DNA of 63,733 nt, counting the filler, from Octopus bimaculoides (Eukaryota), in NCBI RefSeq assembly GCF_001194135.2. It is 7 parts of 7 records of this genome, joined end to end, with 100 filler letters (N's around TTAATTAATTAA, not from the genome) between each part and the next. Parts side by side here need not be neighbours in the genome. Positions count along the whole stretch, not along the records: positions 1 to 30,840 come from NC_068982.1; positions 30,941 to 37,925 come from NC_068997.1; positions 38,026 to 46,535 come from NC_068983.1; 4 more parts are not named here. One strand, written 5' to 3'. The position numbers and the translations under genes are program-made. Below, in pieces: positions 25,569 through 39,164 of the stretch; the first letter of the stretch is position 1; every line of letters begins with the position of its first letter. Under the pieces are notes generated by a model, which did no database searches, was not told where the DNA came from, and saw nothing but the letters and a program-made list of their open reading frames with translations.

Positions 25569-26019
25569 CAAACATGCAAATATGCACACATACATGCATA
25601 CATTCATATATACCTACCTACCTACATACATACATATACACATACATACATGCATACATACATATATACATCGACAAACTTAGGTACATAGCTAAATGAA
25701 CAGATAAGAAGGCAACTATAGAGACAGACGGACAAACTAGTAGATAAAAAGGTAAATATATATATTGAATAATCTGAAATACACCCTTATAAATATACTG
25801 AGTGGTCCAGATTAAATGACTTGATTTAAGTCATTCGTATATCCAGTAATACTCCATATATTCGCATAAAACTTTCACGTAATATCCATGATTGCATGTA
25901 ATTTACCTATTAGCTATAACTTCATGATTTTATGATTTTATAATTCTGTAAATATGTATTTGTATAACTTTACAATTCTTTTATTTAAAGACGTTTTCAC
26001 TGTGTGTACGTTTGTATGA

Positions 26020-26290
26020 AATGGGCAGTTTTGTTCAATTGAATGAAGGCGTCTGTGTTTTTGCCACCAAAGTGTCAATTCTGTGCAATTACTTGATATA
26101 CTGAAAGAGCAGTTTTAGTGGGAAACCGAACGTCTTCGTCTTGAAGGGGGTCTGATCTTCAGCAGGTTAGTGCACTGCTAGACGAAATAGTCATGGATGA
26201 ATGAATTGTTGCATGAGAAGTTTCTTAACATATGGATGCGTGGTAGATCTGTAATCATTTTATATCCTGCTAGGTACTTCTAATTTCCTT
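26020..26290 (-). mobile_element. Possible Helitron Rep-helicase remnant
   Basis: Minus strand IHP*LFRLAVH*P...PTKTALSVYQ resembles the Helitron HP.V.RLAVHLP...P.KTTLT motif; short and degenerate. Confidence 0.3.
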
Positions 26291-26769
26291 CTCTTGGGTT
26301 ACCGCAACCCATTCTTGAGATAGCAGAACTGAAAGCGCATATTATGGCTGCCTTTACATAGATACGAATATTAGAACACTCTGCTAGAATATCATGAAAA
26401 ACTGAAGAAACTCATGAAATTCGAAAATTACCATGCCGAAGTTCACTATTTAACACAAATTTTTTTTTTTTTTTTTGCCATGAATTTCATTATATTATGA
26501 ATTCTGTGTACTAAATTTGAATATATTAAATATTAATAAAGACATGACGTATAAAAACCAACCATTTTTATATTGATCATCATGTATATCAGAACTGTGA
26601 TTGTTGAATAATAATGTAGGAAGTTGTTTAACACGTTTCTTCAACAATGTTTTAGAATCCATAGAATTGCGTTCCTTGAGTAAGGTTTTATACCAAAAGA
26701 GCGAATTATACAGTTATATTTTGCAGGTAAAGGCAACTTTGAGATTGTAAAGTTCTTATATGATTGGAG

Positions 26770-27400
26770 TGAAGCTAGAATTTGGTTATCAATGTGAAGT
26801 TGTCAAAACTTCTAGAACCTTCAGCAGAACTATTTAGCAGGAAACTTCACAAAACTTACTTTCAAGTCTACCACTTATTTGTTTACACACCAGCTGATGT
26901 GATTGGTCGAACTATGTTCATGCAGGTGTCAATGCCTTTTACGGCAACACATCTAATTTCTCGTTGCTGGCCTTTGAGTTAGGTCTGATTATAAACTGGT
27001 GGCTTGAGCGAGACATTTCGAAAGTCGGCAGAAGACTCGCTACATGAGTGTTACTCTTATGAAGTCAATGAGGTGTCACATTTTTTTATAATGTTTTGCA
27101 TTGTATGGAGAAATCACAGGTGCAGCAGTATTCTAGGCGTGGCCGTACGAAGGGAGAGAAAATAGGAATGATAACATCTGACTCTCTGGACTGATAAGTT
27201 ATAAGAGTCTAAGAGCTCATCATGTGAGCCATATCAACTTTTTTTCATCGATGTGGGTGCTCCAGTTAAGACTATTGCCAACAACCTCTCCTACGTTCCT
27301 GATATTATTGGAAGTTGTGAGTAGTTCTCCCGAACGGAGACAGTATGGTTTGGTTATTTGAGCGCATTTTATTTTCCAAAGAAGCAGAGAGCGGGGGGAT
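26770..27400 (-). mobile_element. Degenerate CR1/L2-like LINE, RT C-terminal region
   Basis: NIRNVGEVVGNSLNWSTHID and FSPFVRPRLEYCC motifs. Confidence 0.7.
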
Positions 27401-28480
27401 GAGTTCAAATATTCTCTAATTTAACATGTTTTTGTTTGCCCTAAAGCATGAACACCACTCGTAAACTTGTGTTTTGCTCATGGCATCGTCCTTGTAAGCT
27501 GTATGAAGTATGACAGCTGTTTAGGCCGCCATTTTCCCCAGCAGAAAACAGAATTTTACGAACTCGCCCTGTTCCTTCGTTTCAGCTATCGCAAAAATCG
27601 TCGAACACGGGAGAAGCAGTGCAAAACAAAATACGCACTACGTGACAGTGCGATCTCAGTGGATATATGTNNNNNNNNNNATACAAATACACACACACAC
27701 GCGCACACACACGAACATATGTATGTATGTATGTATGCATGCTTGTGTGTGTGTATACCTTTCTTTCGGTATCTGTACAATATATTAGGGAATGAGATAT
27801 ATATTTTATACAGACATTACATATGAAACCCTTATTCAGTAAAATACAAGCAGACATAACACTTTCACTTTCTGTTCCTTCGTATTATTGTTTTTATTTT
27901 TATTTTCAATTTCCCAGTATCTTTCCTTCAGTCCCTAGTGAGACTCCTATCACCAGCTGGTGGAAAAGATATTTTATCTCAGATTATATTTGATATTACG
28001 TGTTATAAGAAGAATATATTTACAAATGAACCATCGAGGCATTTACTACGTGGTTATCCAACCGGCTCGAAACAGCAGTCAAACATTACTTAGAATATAC
28101 CCTACTGCCTTTAAAAAATGGATATATCGGATTTATCTGAATAGAAACCCCAATATAATGGTGTAGTCACAGGCGGAATACTTAACCAGGGCTAACATTG
28201 GGATGAAAAAACAATAGCAATAACCACAACAGCAGCAACAATAACAGTTCAGTCTCCACTTTAGTGGATTGTGTTTCAGATAACCGTCCAGATGAGTGAT
28301 CTTTTGCAGTCAATCACGCTTGTTCCGTTGTGTCCTCAAATAATATACTGAGCTGCCTGTGTAGCTAAGGTACCACTTACTTAAAACTTAGAGGTTCTTC
28401 CGTTTCAAGAACATCGGATGTGGCTCATGTACCACAGGCTTAAGTCTTATACACTTCAGTAATGTTGCATTATTACATAC

Positions 28481-28616
28481 CAATTTCAAATTCTGGCACA
28501 AGGCCAGCAAATTTGGGGAATGGGGTAAGTCGATTACATCGACCCCAGTATTCAACTGGTACTTATTTTGCCAACCCCGAAAGGATGAAAGGCGAAGTCG
28601 ATCTCGGCGGAATTTT
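28481..28616 (-). mobile_element. SINE family A
   Basis: gtcgattacatcgaccccagtattcaactggtactt...cccgaaaggatgaaaggcgaagtcgatctcggcggaattt. Confidence 0.85.
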
Positions 28617-29168
28617 AAAAGCAGCTTCGTGCCGCCCTTTTAAAAGTAGTGCCCGGGGCGGACCGCCCCCACCCGATCCTAAGAACGTGATTCCTATTCC
28701 AATTTCTGGATCGGGCGGTACGTTGTGTTTTTGAGCAAAACACTTCATTTCGTGTCACCCCCATGTACTCAGTTTAAAAAGATTCCGCAAATGGACCGGC
28801 CTCCGTTCATGGTGGTATGTGGTCTCCATCACTTATAAAGCATGGAAACCAGGTTAAACTAAGGTTTGATGAGACTTGAAGCTCATGACGGACCTAAGTC
28901 TACGAATTCTAATACTAGAATTTAACCTTTTCAATGCCCAAAGCAAATTGGATGACTTTACCTGCATCATTATTCTATATAATTAAAAACTAAAATAATA
29001 CAAGAATTTCGTTTGTTCTTCTCATTATGTCTTGAAAGAAAAAATCTGTATTCATTAATAGCCGATGTTGTTGGTTGGTTGGTTGATTGGTTGGCTGGTT
29101 GGTTGGTTGGAAGGGTTGGTTGGTTTCTCCTGTAATATTTTACATCCTATAGAGAGACGGAGAGCGAG

Positions 29169-29242
<74 letters not shown>

Positions 29243-29749
29243 NNNNNNNNNNNNNNNNNNNNNNNNNNNNNNNNNNNNNNNNNNNNNNNNNNNNNNNNNN
29301 NNNNNNNNNNNNNNNNNNNNNNNNNNNNNNNNNNNNNNNNNNNNNNNNNNNNNNNNNNNNNNNNNNNNNNNNNNNNNNNNNNNNNNNNNNNNNNNNNNNN
29401 NNNNNNNNNNNNNNNNNNNNNNNNNNNNNNNNNNNNNNNNNNNNNNNNNNNNNNNNNNNNNNNNNNNNNNNNNNNNNNNNNNNNNNNNNNNNNNNNNNNN
29501 NNNNNNNNNNNNNNNNNNNNNNNNNNNNNNNNNNNNNNNNNNNNNNNNNNNNNNNNNNNNNNNNNNNNNNTATATATATACATATATATATATATGTATA
29601 TATGTATGTATGTATGCATGTATGTATGTAAGTATGCATGTATGTATGTATACGGTTTGTTTGTTCGTTTGTAAGTCGATTATAGTAAAAATAATTGGAC
29701 ATTAAACTGAATAAGCCCTCGATGTGTTTCTTGAGTATATAGCCTTCAG

Positions 29750-29783
29750 CCGACGAAGGTTAGCGGTCTGAAACTTCGAAGTC
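29750..29783 (+). ncRNA. Decayed PLE-type hammerhead ribozyme-like motif
   Basis: CCGACGA (CUGANGA with U4C)...GAAAC TTCGAA GTC; palindromic stem III and GUC site retained; stems I and II degenerate. Confidence 0.35.
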
Positions 29784-29949
29784 ATTGTCATCACCCCTCT
29801 TCTTGTAAAGCACTACACACACACACAGACGTGTATGTGTATGTACGGTATGTATACACATACATACATACATGCATACATACATACTGATAACCTGAGG
29901 GATATATATCTAGCTGCAAAGAGTTTTCATTTTTCAGTCGTTCGGGAAC

Positions 29950-30330
29950 CACCTGTTATGTTCGAACGTATCGTCAGAAACGGTTTGAAAACCACACGTA
30001 GCTCTCGAGACAGTGAAGATGTTAAATCTTATCATATACATGACTCGGGATAAAACGAGTCACATCAGGTTTATTTAGTTTTCAATGTTGGTTTTTCTGA
30101 CCTCAGAGTTGTGACATTCCCTTCCACATGACCTACAGCTTGAAATGTTTCAATGTTTGGTGTCCTCACAAATTGACCTGCGATACGCATCCATTGGTCT
30201 TACTAAATAATTCGTAGTAAGTTGGGATGCAGACTGAAGAATCGTATTTGATGTTTAGACGGAGTTTTATCTGCATGATGCTGCAGCTGGTGCACTACTT
30301 AAGGGAGCATATCTCAGAATGGCATATGGA
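29950..30330 (+). mobile_element. Possible highly decayed mariner fragment
   Basis: WCPHKLT (cf. WVPHxL) and RIVFDV*TEFY (cf. RIVTGDETW) in the expected order. Confidence 0.3.
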
Positions 30331-30651
30331 CAGTTCTATCATGTTCTTTGAAAGATAACCACTGGAGATATCATATGTCAAAGATCTTAATCGGTGAATA
30401 CACGTTCAGTCATAAATACACGTACTCTTTCATTCAACCCTCTCTTCCTCCTTCTCTTCCCATATACGAATGCGTGTATCTATACTTCCATAAGTCTCTC
30501 TCTCTCTCTCTCTCTCTTCAACTCTCTTTCTCTCTCTCCTATTCTCTCTCTCTCTCTCTCTTCAACTCTCTTTCTCTCTCTCCAATTCTCTCTCTCTCTC
30601 TCTCTCTATCTTCAACTCTCTTTCTCTCTCTTCAACTTTTTCTCTCTCCAA

Positions 30652-30689
<38 letters not shown>

Positions 30690-30840
30690 TACACATAGAA
30701 ACATACATAGACATACATGCATACATACATACATACATACATACATACAAACATACATACATACATATGTATATACATACATACTAACAGACAGACAGAC
30801 AGACAAATACATAAATATATGAAATGATGTTTGAACTGAT

Positions 30841-30940
30841 NNNNNNNNNNNNNNNNNNNNNNNNNNNNNNNNNNNNNNNNNNNNTTAATTAATTAANNNN
30901 NNNNNNNNNNNNNNNNNNNNNNNNNNNNNNNNNNNNNNNN
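30841..30940. other. Artificial 100-bp join spacer N44-TTAATTAATTAA-N44
   Basis: Exactly 44 N + 12-mer + 44 N; the palindromic 12-mer has TAA in all six frames. Confidence 0.97.
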
Positions 30941-31126
30941 TCAGCAGATGTATCTTATCGGGTGATAGATAGATACAACTCGTTAAAATGACTCTTCCAC
31001 AATGTAACTTTCCGCTTTGTAGAGAGAGAAGCAGCTAGACGGGTGAAAATCTTCATTATATAGAAAGTCAAAAATAAAATCACAGATGGCAAAAAAGAGA
31101 AACGAACACGCAATCCAGCGAGAAAA

Positions 31127-31166
<40 letters not shown>

Positions 31167-31257
31167 ACAGAAGTAAATAGATACCCTTATAATAGTTCAA
31201 ATAAAATATTTCAATCTGAAATTATACTTTGAAAATATTTATTTATTTTTATTTTTT

Positions 31258-31705
31258 TAGTATATATGCTTTTTGCATTTTTCAATGCAAGAACTCTATT
31301 AGACACGCGAATCAGATGGCGAATATTTTCTTGGGGTGAAGTAATCTCAAAAGATCTGTCTTTCAGGATGCTTTTTCGTTTTTTTATTTTTTTTACGAAG
31401 TTTCTGTCCATTATGCCACAGAGTTATTCAATGGGATTCATATCTGGTAGCTAGCTTGACCATGGAAGCTTTTTAATGCCGTTCTCTTCCAAACATTCTT
31501 GGGTCTTTCTAGTCGTGTGACAAGGAGCCCCATCTTCCATAAATAAAGTGTCTTCTTTAATCATTCCACCACTGGAAAAGATTGGAAGGAGTCATTACTG
31601 GAATATATGACACATATTTATTTGAGTTTGTTTCCCTCACACTCCACTAGCTCTGATCGACCATTGCTCCAAACTGTTCCCTAGACCATCACAGAATAGC
31701 GAATG
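31258..31705 (-). mobile_element. Tc1-family (DD34E) transposase 3' remnant
   Basis: SVMV*GTVWSNGRSELV...FMEDGAPCHTTRKTQECLEENGIKKLPWSS*LPDMNPIE: 34 residues between D and E. Confidence 0.88.
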
Positions 31706-31744
31706 AGTCTTTAAAAAAAAAGAAAAAGAAAAGGGCGGAGGTCA

Positions 31745-31866
31745 TCAGGTGTGCAGTTGGCGAAATGCAGGAAGCATGGGAGTTTTGAAGGATGCAGTGT
31801 CGAGACAGCTAACAACAGATGCGGGTAGTTTATTCCATGCTTCAGCAATTCTGAGCGAAAAAAAAT
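31745..31866 (-). mobile_element. CR1-like LINE 3' end
   Basis: FFSLRIAEAWNKLPASVVSCLDTASFK matches the CR1 ORF2 terminus. Confidence 0.8.
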
Positions 31867-32489
31867 CTATGTGTATATGTATATATATATGAATTTGTAC
31901 AAGTATAAGTCTTTGTGTTTGGCTGGGTTTTAGTTTGTTTACGTACTCGTAACTTTGCAAATCGGCAAAATAAAAAAAAGAAGTCCGATAGAATAATTAC
32001 CAAACTTAAAATATTTGTACTGGGGTTGAAGCAAGTGAAAGAAGATAATAGTAAAGGATAAAGCAAAATGTTAAAGTGTAATTTTTAAAAAAAATGAGAA
32101 GCGAGAAAGAAAATGAAAGGGAGCAGACGATAGGGCAACGTAAAAAGAATAAATAGGAAAAGAGAAAACGAAAAAGAAATGAAAAGTGAGGGCGAAGGTG
32201 GAATATTTAATTAGAATGGATACTAAGGAAGGAATGATTGAATATGTGAATAATTGGCAAGAAAAGAAGAATATAAGAATAAGATGAGAGGGAGATTATG
32301 TGTGTGTATGTGTGAGGTGCGTGTGTGTCTGAGAGGGTGAGTCATTGTAAGTGTATGCGCGTATTTGGAAAAGTGTAACATTATATGTGTTTGTGTTTAA
32401 GAAAGGATGGGTGTATGTGTATGTATGTATGATAGAGGAAGAGAAAGAACAAAACAGAAGTAGAGAGAAAGACGGAGAGAGTGAGGGAG

Positions 32490-32729
32490 TGAGAGAGAGA
32501 GAGAGAGAATTATTGATGAGTTAAACTGTTCGAAAAAGATTATAAGTGTGATTCAGATGAGAGAAGTAAAGAGATAAGATAAGATAAGATAGATGGATAG
32601 ATGGATAGATAGATAAACAGACAGTAAGATGGACATACTGAGAGATAAATAGATGGATAGATGAATGTTTAGATATACAGACAGATCGAGAGACACATCC
32701 ATATATAAATAGATAGATAGATAGAGAGA

Positions 32730-32793
<64 letters not shown>

Positions 32794-33430
32794 TAGACAG
32801 ACAGACAGACAGAGAGGCAACCAGAGAAGCAGACAGTCTAACAGACGGATAAATAGTCGGGTAGATTGGTTTGTAGATTGGTCGATAGGTAATTCGGTAG
32901 TTAGGTTGGCAGGTAGATAGATTTGTAGGAAGTCGGGTACTTAACTTGGGAGATAGACCGGTATGTATGTGTGGATGTATGTATGTATGTATGTATGTAT
33001 GTAGGTAGGTAGGTAGGTAGGTAGGCATGTGTGTACTTTGGGGTGGGGGAGGGGGAGTTGTTAGAAGACTTTACAATAGATGGGATGTAAGTAGTACGGG
33101 TGGCTGGTAAGTAGGAAAGCAGAAAGTTACAGACAACACACGAAGTCCCATTGGATAAACATTGTAAACAGATGATCACGTGGTTGTACATATGTCAGCA
33201 TCAGTCATGTTGGCTTTGCTATTGTTAACGGCTGCAGTGCACACACACACTCATACATACACATACATACACATACACATACATACACATACACATACAT
33301 ACACACACACGCATACATACACATATACATACATACACACATAATACATACATACATACATACATAATTGCATATATATACATATATACATGCATATTTG
33401 AATAGATGCGTACATACGTATGTACGGACA
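32490..33430. repeat. Compound (GA)n/(GATA)n/(GACA)n/(GTAG)n/(TACA)n microsatellites
   Basis: Directly visible. Confidence 0.9.
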
Positions 33431-33507
33431 CTCAAACATACATATATGCATGTATATACATGCGTATATATAAGTACACATTAATATGCATTAATAAATG
33501 CATATTC

Positions 33508-33775
33508 TTAGCGGTATTTCGTCTGCCGTTACGTTCTGAGTTCAAATGCCGCCGAGGTCGACTTTGCCTTTCATCCTTTCGGGGTCAATAAATTAAGTAC
33601 CAGTTACGCACTGGGGTCGATGTAATCGACTTAATCCGTTCGTCTGTTCTTGTTTGTTCTCTCTATGTTTAGCCCCATTGTGGGCAATAACGAAATAGGT
33701 ATTTCCTCTGCCGTTCTAAGTTCAAATTACGCCGAGGTCGAACTTGCCTTTCATCCTTTCGGGGTCGATTAAGGC
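33508..33775 (+). mobile_element. SINE family A plus tandem partial copy
   Basis: Two successive gttcaaat..gccgaggtcga..tgcctttcatcctttcggggtc units; CpGs retained. Confidence 0.88.
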
Positions 33776-34509
33776 ACTCCAGTCGTAACCATCTCGTCGT
33801 ATCTTCAAGCGAATAACGTTATGCACAACATCCTTCGTTTCTTCTTCTTCTTCTTCTTATTATTATTATTATTAGCAATATTTGATTGCTACTTCTAGCA
33901 GGCAAGGTATATCGACTCGTTAAAGCCCTCTCTCGATGGCACGTGACAATGTTGTTTATAAACAAAAATAGAATAGTCGTAGTCGTAGTGGTGACGACAG
34001 CGGTTACAATACTGCTGATTCCCCTCCTCCTCTTCCTTCTTCTCATTCTCCTTCTTTTTCTTTTTATTCATCAGTATCTTCTGCCTCCACCATCTTATCT
34101 TCCTAAATCGTCCTTATATTCTTCATTACCATCAATGCCTTTACTATCAGTTTCATCATCATCATCATCATCACCACCTAACTACCTAACGCCCCCACCA
34201 CCAATCACCATCACGATCATCATCAACACCACAGCCAACACCATCACCACCGCCGTCATCATGAGGATCATTATCATTAATTTTGTTATCAATAACTTTC
34301 CTTTCCCTATACTATCGTATCTGCTTTGTTTACATTTCCCTGGAATTGAACCCCGATCAACAGATGATACAATGGTGGTACTCTTCAATAGTTTCACCTA
34401 CACGATTACTTATATTTACTTGAATTTATATGGACTGTTCATAGCAGCTGTATAATTCTGAGTTTGTGAGGAGGGTAGGTCAGTATCTGGGCAGTCTTTT
34501 ATTGTTTTT

Positions 34510-34770
34510 GGAAGGATGAAAGGCAAAGTCGACCTTGGCGGAATTTGAACTCAGTACGTAAAGACCGGTGCTGCCCACTGCGCGGACGATTCTGCCAGCT
34601 CCACGCCTTACATAAAAAAATAATGGTTTCGAATTTTGGCTCCAGGCCAGCAATTTCGGGGGCGGTATGAAGTAGATAACATGGAATCCAATACTCGACT
34701 GGTGCTTATTTCATTGACCCCGAAAAGATGAAAAGCAAAGCTGACCTCGGCGGAATTTGAACTTAAAACG
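34510..34770 (-). mobile_element. Two SINE family A copies in tandem
   Basis: Repeated gatgaaa(g/a)gcaaag(t/c)(c/t)gacct(t/c)ggcggaatttgaact. Confidence 0.8.
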
Positions 34771-34912
34771 TAAAGGAAGAAGAAATACCATTAACCATTT
34801 TTTTTTCCGGCAAGTTACCAATTCTGATAATTCGCCGTCTTACACAAAAGAATATTGATAAGAAAACACAAATTTCTGGGGGACCAGTTGGCCAATCAAA
34901 ATCACCACTTCC

Positions 34913-34949
<37 letters not shown>

Positions 34950-34999
34950 CTTGGAGGCTCCTCAGTCTAACACATCGACTCTTGTACATATCTATTTTC

Positions 35000-35495
35000 T
35001 TAAGAGTGGTTCTTATTCTATCGGTGTACTATTGCCGAGCCGCTAAGTAGACAAACAAAGACCAGTTGTCGAGCAGTGAGGGGGAAGGCGCTACATATTC
35101 AAATAAGCGCGCATGCACACCCTCACGCACGCATACGCAAGGCTTTGGTCGACCCGAAGCTATAGTAGAAAACACTTACCGAAGGTGTCACGCAGTGGGA
35201 TTGAACCCAGAAACATGTAGGTAGAAAGCAATCCAGCCATGTCGTACTTACATATAATGCCTGAATAATAATTGACTCGGACACTGGCACCCGGCTTGGG
35301 GTAAGTTTGTATTGGTACTCGACTGGTACTTCATTTTGATGACTCGGAAACGGTGAAAGGCGCTGCCGGCTGTGTGGTAAGAAGTTTGCTTCCCAACCAC
35401 ATAGTTCCGGGTTCAGTCCAATTGCCTGACACCTTGGACAAATGAGTGGAGTTGAGTAGACGGAAACTGAAAGAAGCCCGTCGGCTGTATATATA
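35000..35495. mobile_element. SINE family B fragments in opposite orientations (minus ~35000-35230, plus ~35365-35495)
   Basis: Family B head and tail sequences on both strands. Confidence 0.75.
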
Positions 35496-35563
35496 TATAT
35501 ATATAGTTGAAATTTACAGAAAAACAAAAGACGAAGACAGGTGTATAAACAGCAAGCAGGTGT

Positions 35564-35637
<74 letters not shown>

Positions 35638-35695
35638 TAATAACAACATCGAAAAATACTTTAGGAATGAGAACCCAGGTTCAAAATTTCCCCAA

Positions 35696-35741
35696 GACAC
35701 CTGATGAAGGCTGGAGGGTATATCAGCCGAAACGTTGTGTT
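35696..35741 (+). ncRNA. Minimal type I hammerhead ribozyme (Penelope-type)
   Basis: GACAC-CTGATGA-A-GGCTG[gagggtatat]CAGCC-GAAAC-GT-T-GTGTT: intact core, 5-bp stem II, palindromic ACGT stem III, GUU site, 5-bp stem I. Confidence 0.75.
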
Positions 35742-36639
35742 AACAACCATCAAGATAAGGACAAATAACCGTCAATTGTAAATAGTGTAAATAATGTAAA
35801 TAATGTACAAGCAAAGGAATAAAAGAATAAAAGAATATATAGATATATACATCTGTGATGGTGGAAGTGGTGATGTTAATACACCAACCATAGATCTCTC
35901 TTCGATCACTTCAGCTGATTTATAGCACACCTCACCATCTCCCACGGACAAACCACATCCTTACACAGCTGCCGGCAACGGGTTACGGGCGCTTAGAACG
36001 AAAACGATGCGCGTTTAAGGCTTCAATCTAACATTTCTGCAAAGCAATGTTTCTTTGTTCCGTATAGCGATTCTTCGGTGTTTCTGCTGACTATCGACCA
36101 TTGGTGTGACTGGCCACATGCCAAGCACCCAATCGGAGCAGCTGATATCGGGATAATTTATATCACGTGCAATTCCACTCCACTGACATACAAGCATTAC
36201 TCATGCAAACGCACACACGCACACACACACACACACACACATACACACACACAATCATGCACATGTGCAAACTAGCACACATGTATACGTATGCGTGTAT
36301 ACAGACATATATACATGAATACATACATATATGTATATATATATATATATGCATGTGTATATGCATGTGTGTATGTATGTATACACACTTGAATGTACAG
36401 CTAAAAATACATTCCTACACATGCAAACACACACACGGACATGCTCACATGTACACATACACAAATTCATATATACATATATTCATATATTCATACATAC
36501 ATGCATGTATGTATGTGTGTGAGTCTACACACACACAAACATACACACACACACAACACATATATATATATAACCTTTAAAAATATTTTAGCTTCAAAGC
36601 TGCGGTCATATTGGAGCACCACCGTTGACTGTGCTACAG

Positions 36640-36785
36640 CATTATTTGAAACCTCCTCTGACATGTGGCATTTGGTCAATGAGGGGGTTTGATGCCGCTG
36701 CCCTCGTCTGTGTTTCCTGCAGTGAGGTAGGGGTCGCCTGGAACCCTTGACAGGAACAGATCCAACATCCAATACCAAAATACGC
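36640..36785 (-). mobile_element. CR1-like LINE 3' end (same family as 48395-48668)
   Basis: LDLFLSRVP... and shared DNA cctcctct(g/a)a(c/t)atgtggcatt. Confidence 0.75.
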
Positions 36786-37826
36786 CCACATACATATGTA
36801 CACCTACTATCAACAACTGAGTTATATATGTATACGTTACATTATGCGTTACAAACACACTCACACACAAGCACACACACACACACATAAGTACACACTC
36901 ACGCGCTCATACACATACACACACGTGCACGCACACATTCACACTTGACACACGCACAGGCAGATACAAATCAGAACATCCAACATAGACACAGCGATAG
37001 ATAAGCCAAAGTATAAGAAGTGCATATATATATACATACATACATACACACACACATNNNNNNNNNNNNNNNNNNNNNNNNNNNNNNNNNNNNNNNNNNN
37101 NNNNNNNNNNNNNNNNNNNNNNNNNNNNNNNNNNNTATATATATATATACATATATATGAACACACACACATGCAGGCTCAGATGTACACATATATATTT
37201 CCTGTGCGTGGGCAAAGAGGAAGTATAACAACAACGCTCTATCAGGTGTATATACACCGCCTGTTTGTTTGTATTTACATCATGATAAAAACATATGGAC
37301 CAGTTTGTTTACAATACAGCCTAATTGTATGATGTCAGATGGCATATATCACTGTTGTTATTGGCCTGTTATTGCCGTAATTGTTGTTCTTATATTCTTG
37401 TTGTACCGCTTTTATGATTAAATTTCTCCTTTGGTCTTGCCGTGCTTGTTATAATGTTGTTATACTTGTGTTATTATCATGCGCATTATTACTGATATAG
37501 TTGTTGCTGTATCGCCGACGATTTTATGCTGTTGTTGTTATTAGCATGTTTTTACTATTGCAGCTGTTTTTGCTGTAAATGTTGTTCTTGTTGGTTTGAT
37601 TGTCGTTAGCATTATATTAATCATAATCTCTTTTTTTTTTGGCGCTGTTACTGTTAGTCTTGCTGTTCTTGTTCTTATTGTTGTCCTAGCGTTTGTTGTT
37701 TTGGTGTTGTTATACTTGTTGCTGCTTGATTCAGGGGGATACATCATACGATATATCCATATTTTAAAACGAAAGCTTACTGTTGAAAAACTATTGGTTT
37801 GGTTCGGTCTCCTGAAAGTGCTGCGC

Positions 37827-37862
<36 letters not shown>

Positions 37863-37863
37863 G

Positions 37864-37925
<62 letters not shown>

Positions 37926-38025
37926 NNNNNNNNNNNNNNNNNNNNNNNNNNNNNNNNNNNNNNNNNNNNTTAATTAATTAANNNNNNNNNNNNNNNNNNN
38001 NNNNNNNNNNNNNNNNNNNNNNNNN
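37926..38025. other. Artificial 100-bp join spacer
   Basis: N44-TTAATTAATTAA-N44. Confidence 0.97.
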
Positions 38026-38115
38026 GAGAACGACCCTTAAGGAATCTAGTTAATGATCCCCTAAGGTAAGTTCTTATGCTATATTGGTAACGGTTGCTAC
38101 ATCCTCTGGAAAATT

Positions 38116-38160
<45 letters not shown>

Positions 38161-39164
38161 AATTATTGCGATATCTTTTTATATACCTCAAATACGAATA
38201 TTTGACTTAACAGAACCAGTATAACAAATTATTAATTATCTGGAAGTTGAAGGCGTGTTAACATTATTAGATATTCATAAATGTAACTTCAGATATCAGG
38301 GATCAGGACAAACTTATTAACCTTTCTCTAGAAAACTTCACAAAAGTAACTCTGTCACTCATCATCATCAATAATCAGTTAAAAAATCAGGCTACAAAAT
38401 TCATAAGCTGCAAACAAATTCAGCTCCAACAAATCTTAATATTAATGAACTTTGCTTTAAAAACTAGTGATGAGCAAATAAATGGAATGAGAATGCGAAA
38501 ATAGTAGAGAGGAAATAATGTTTGAAATATTTCAAATAACTAAGAACGAAAATAGCAAGTGCATAGAAAAATACCAAGTAAACAAAGTAGAACCAACTTT
38601 TACTTTCCTATAATTAATTGCTTTTTTATATTAATGGAAACTGACTTCGTTTTTCATAACGTACTGGAGTCGTGAAAATAAATTATATCTTCTGATCTAC
38701 TTATCTGTGTACTTTTGCCTCGGTAAATAAAAGTTCTTATTAAAATAGAGCGTAATTGACATCATTTCATTGCCAGCTCTCTACCACTTACTGTAAACGA
38801 TTCTACCACAAACATTACTTTCCTTCAAAATAATATTATAGTCTCGATGCAACCAAGACAACATTGTCGTTTTCATTAAAGAATTATCTTGTGTAAGCAA
38901 TTTAAATGTATTAGGTCAATATGATTTTCCTGAATGTACGGTTACTTGTACAGAACATGAAATATATTTTCAGTATGAAGGAATTATAGATAGACATCAT
39001 ATCCCTATAGTAACACACGTACATATTTATACATATGTGTATGTGTAATCTCTTAAATTCAATTTAAAAAGAAAAACTCTCAACCATTTAAACATTAAGC
39101 AGTTCACTCATTCCTGCAGAAAGTGTATATTATTATTTGTACTGGGGAAATACATACAAATATG

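Noticed and set aside
28655-28669. GC palindrome GGGGCGGACCGCCCC
   Set aside because: Too short; probably a fragment of a small repeat between SINE pieces
33040-33057. G-rich run as a G-quadruplex
   Set aside because: Only three clear G-tracts
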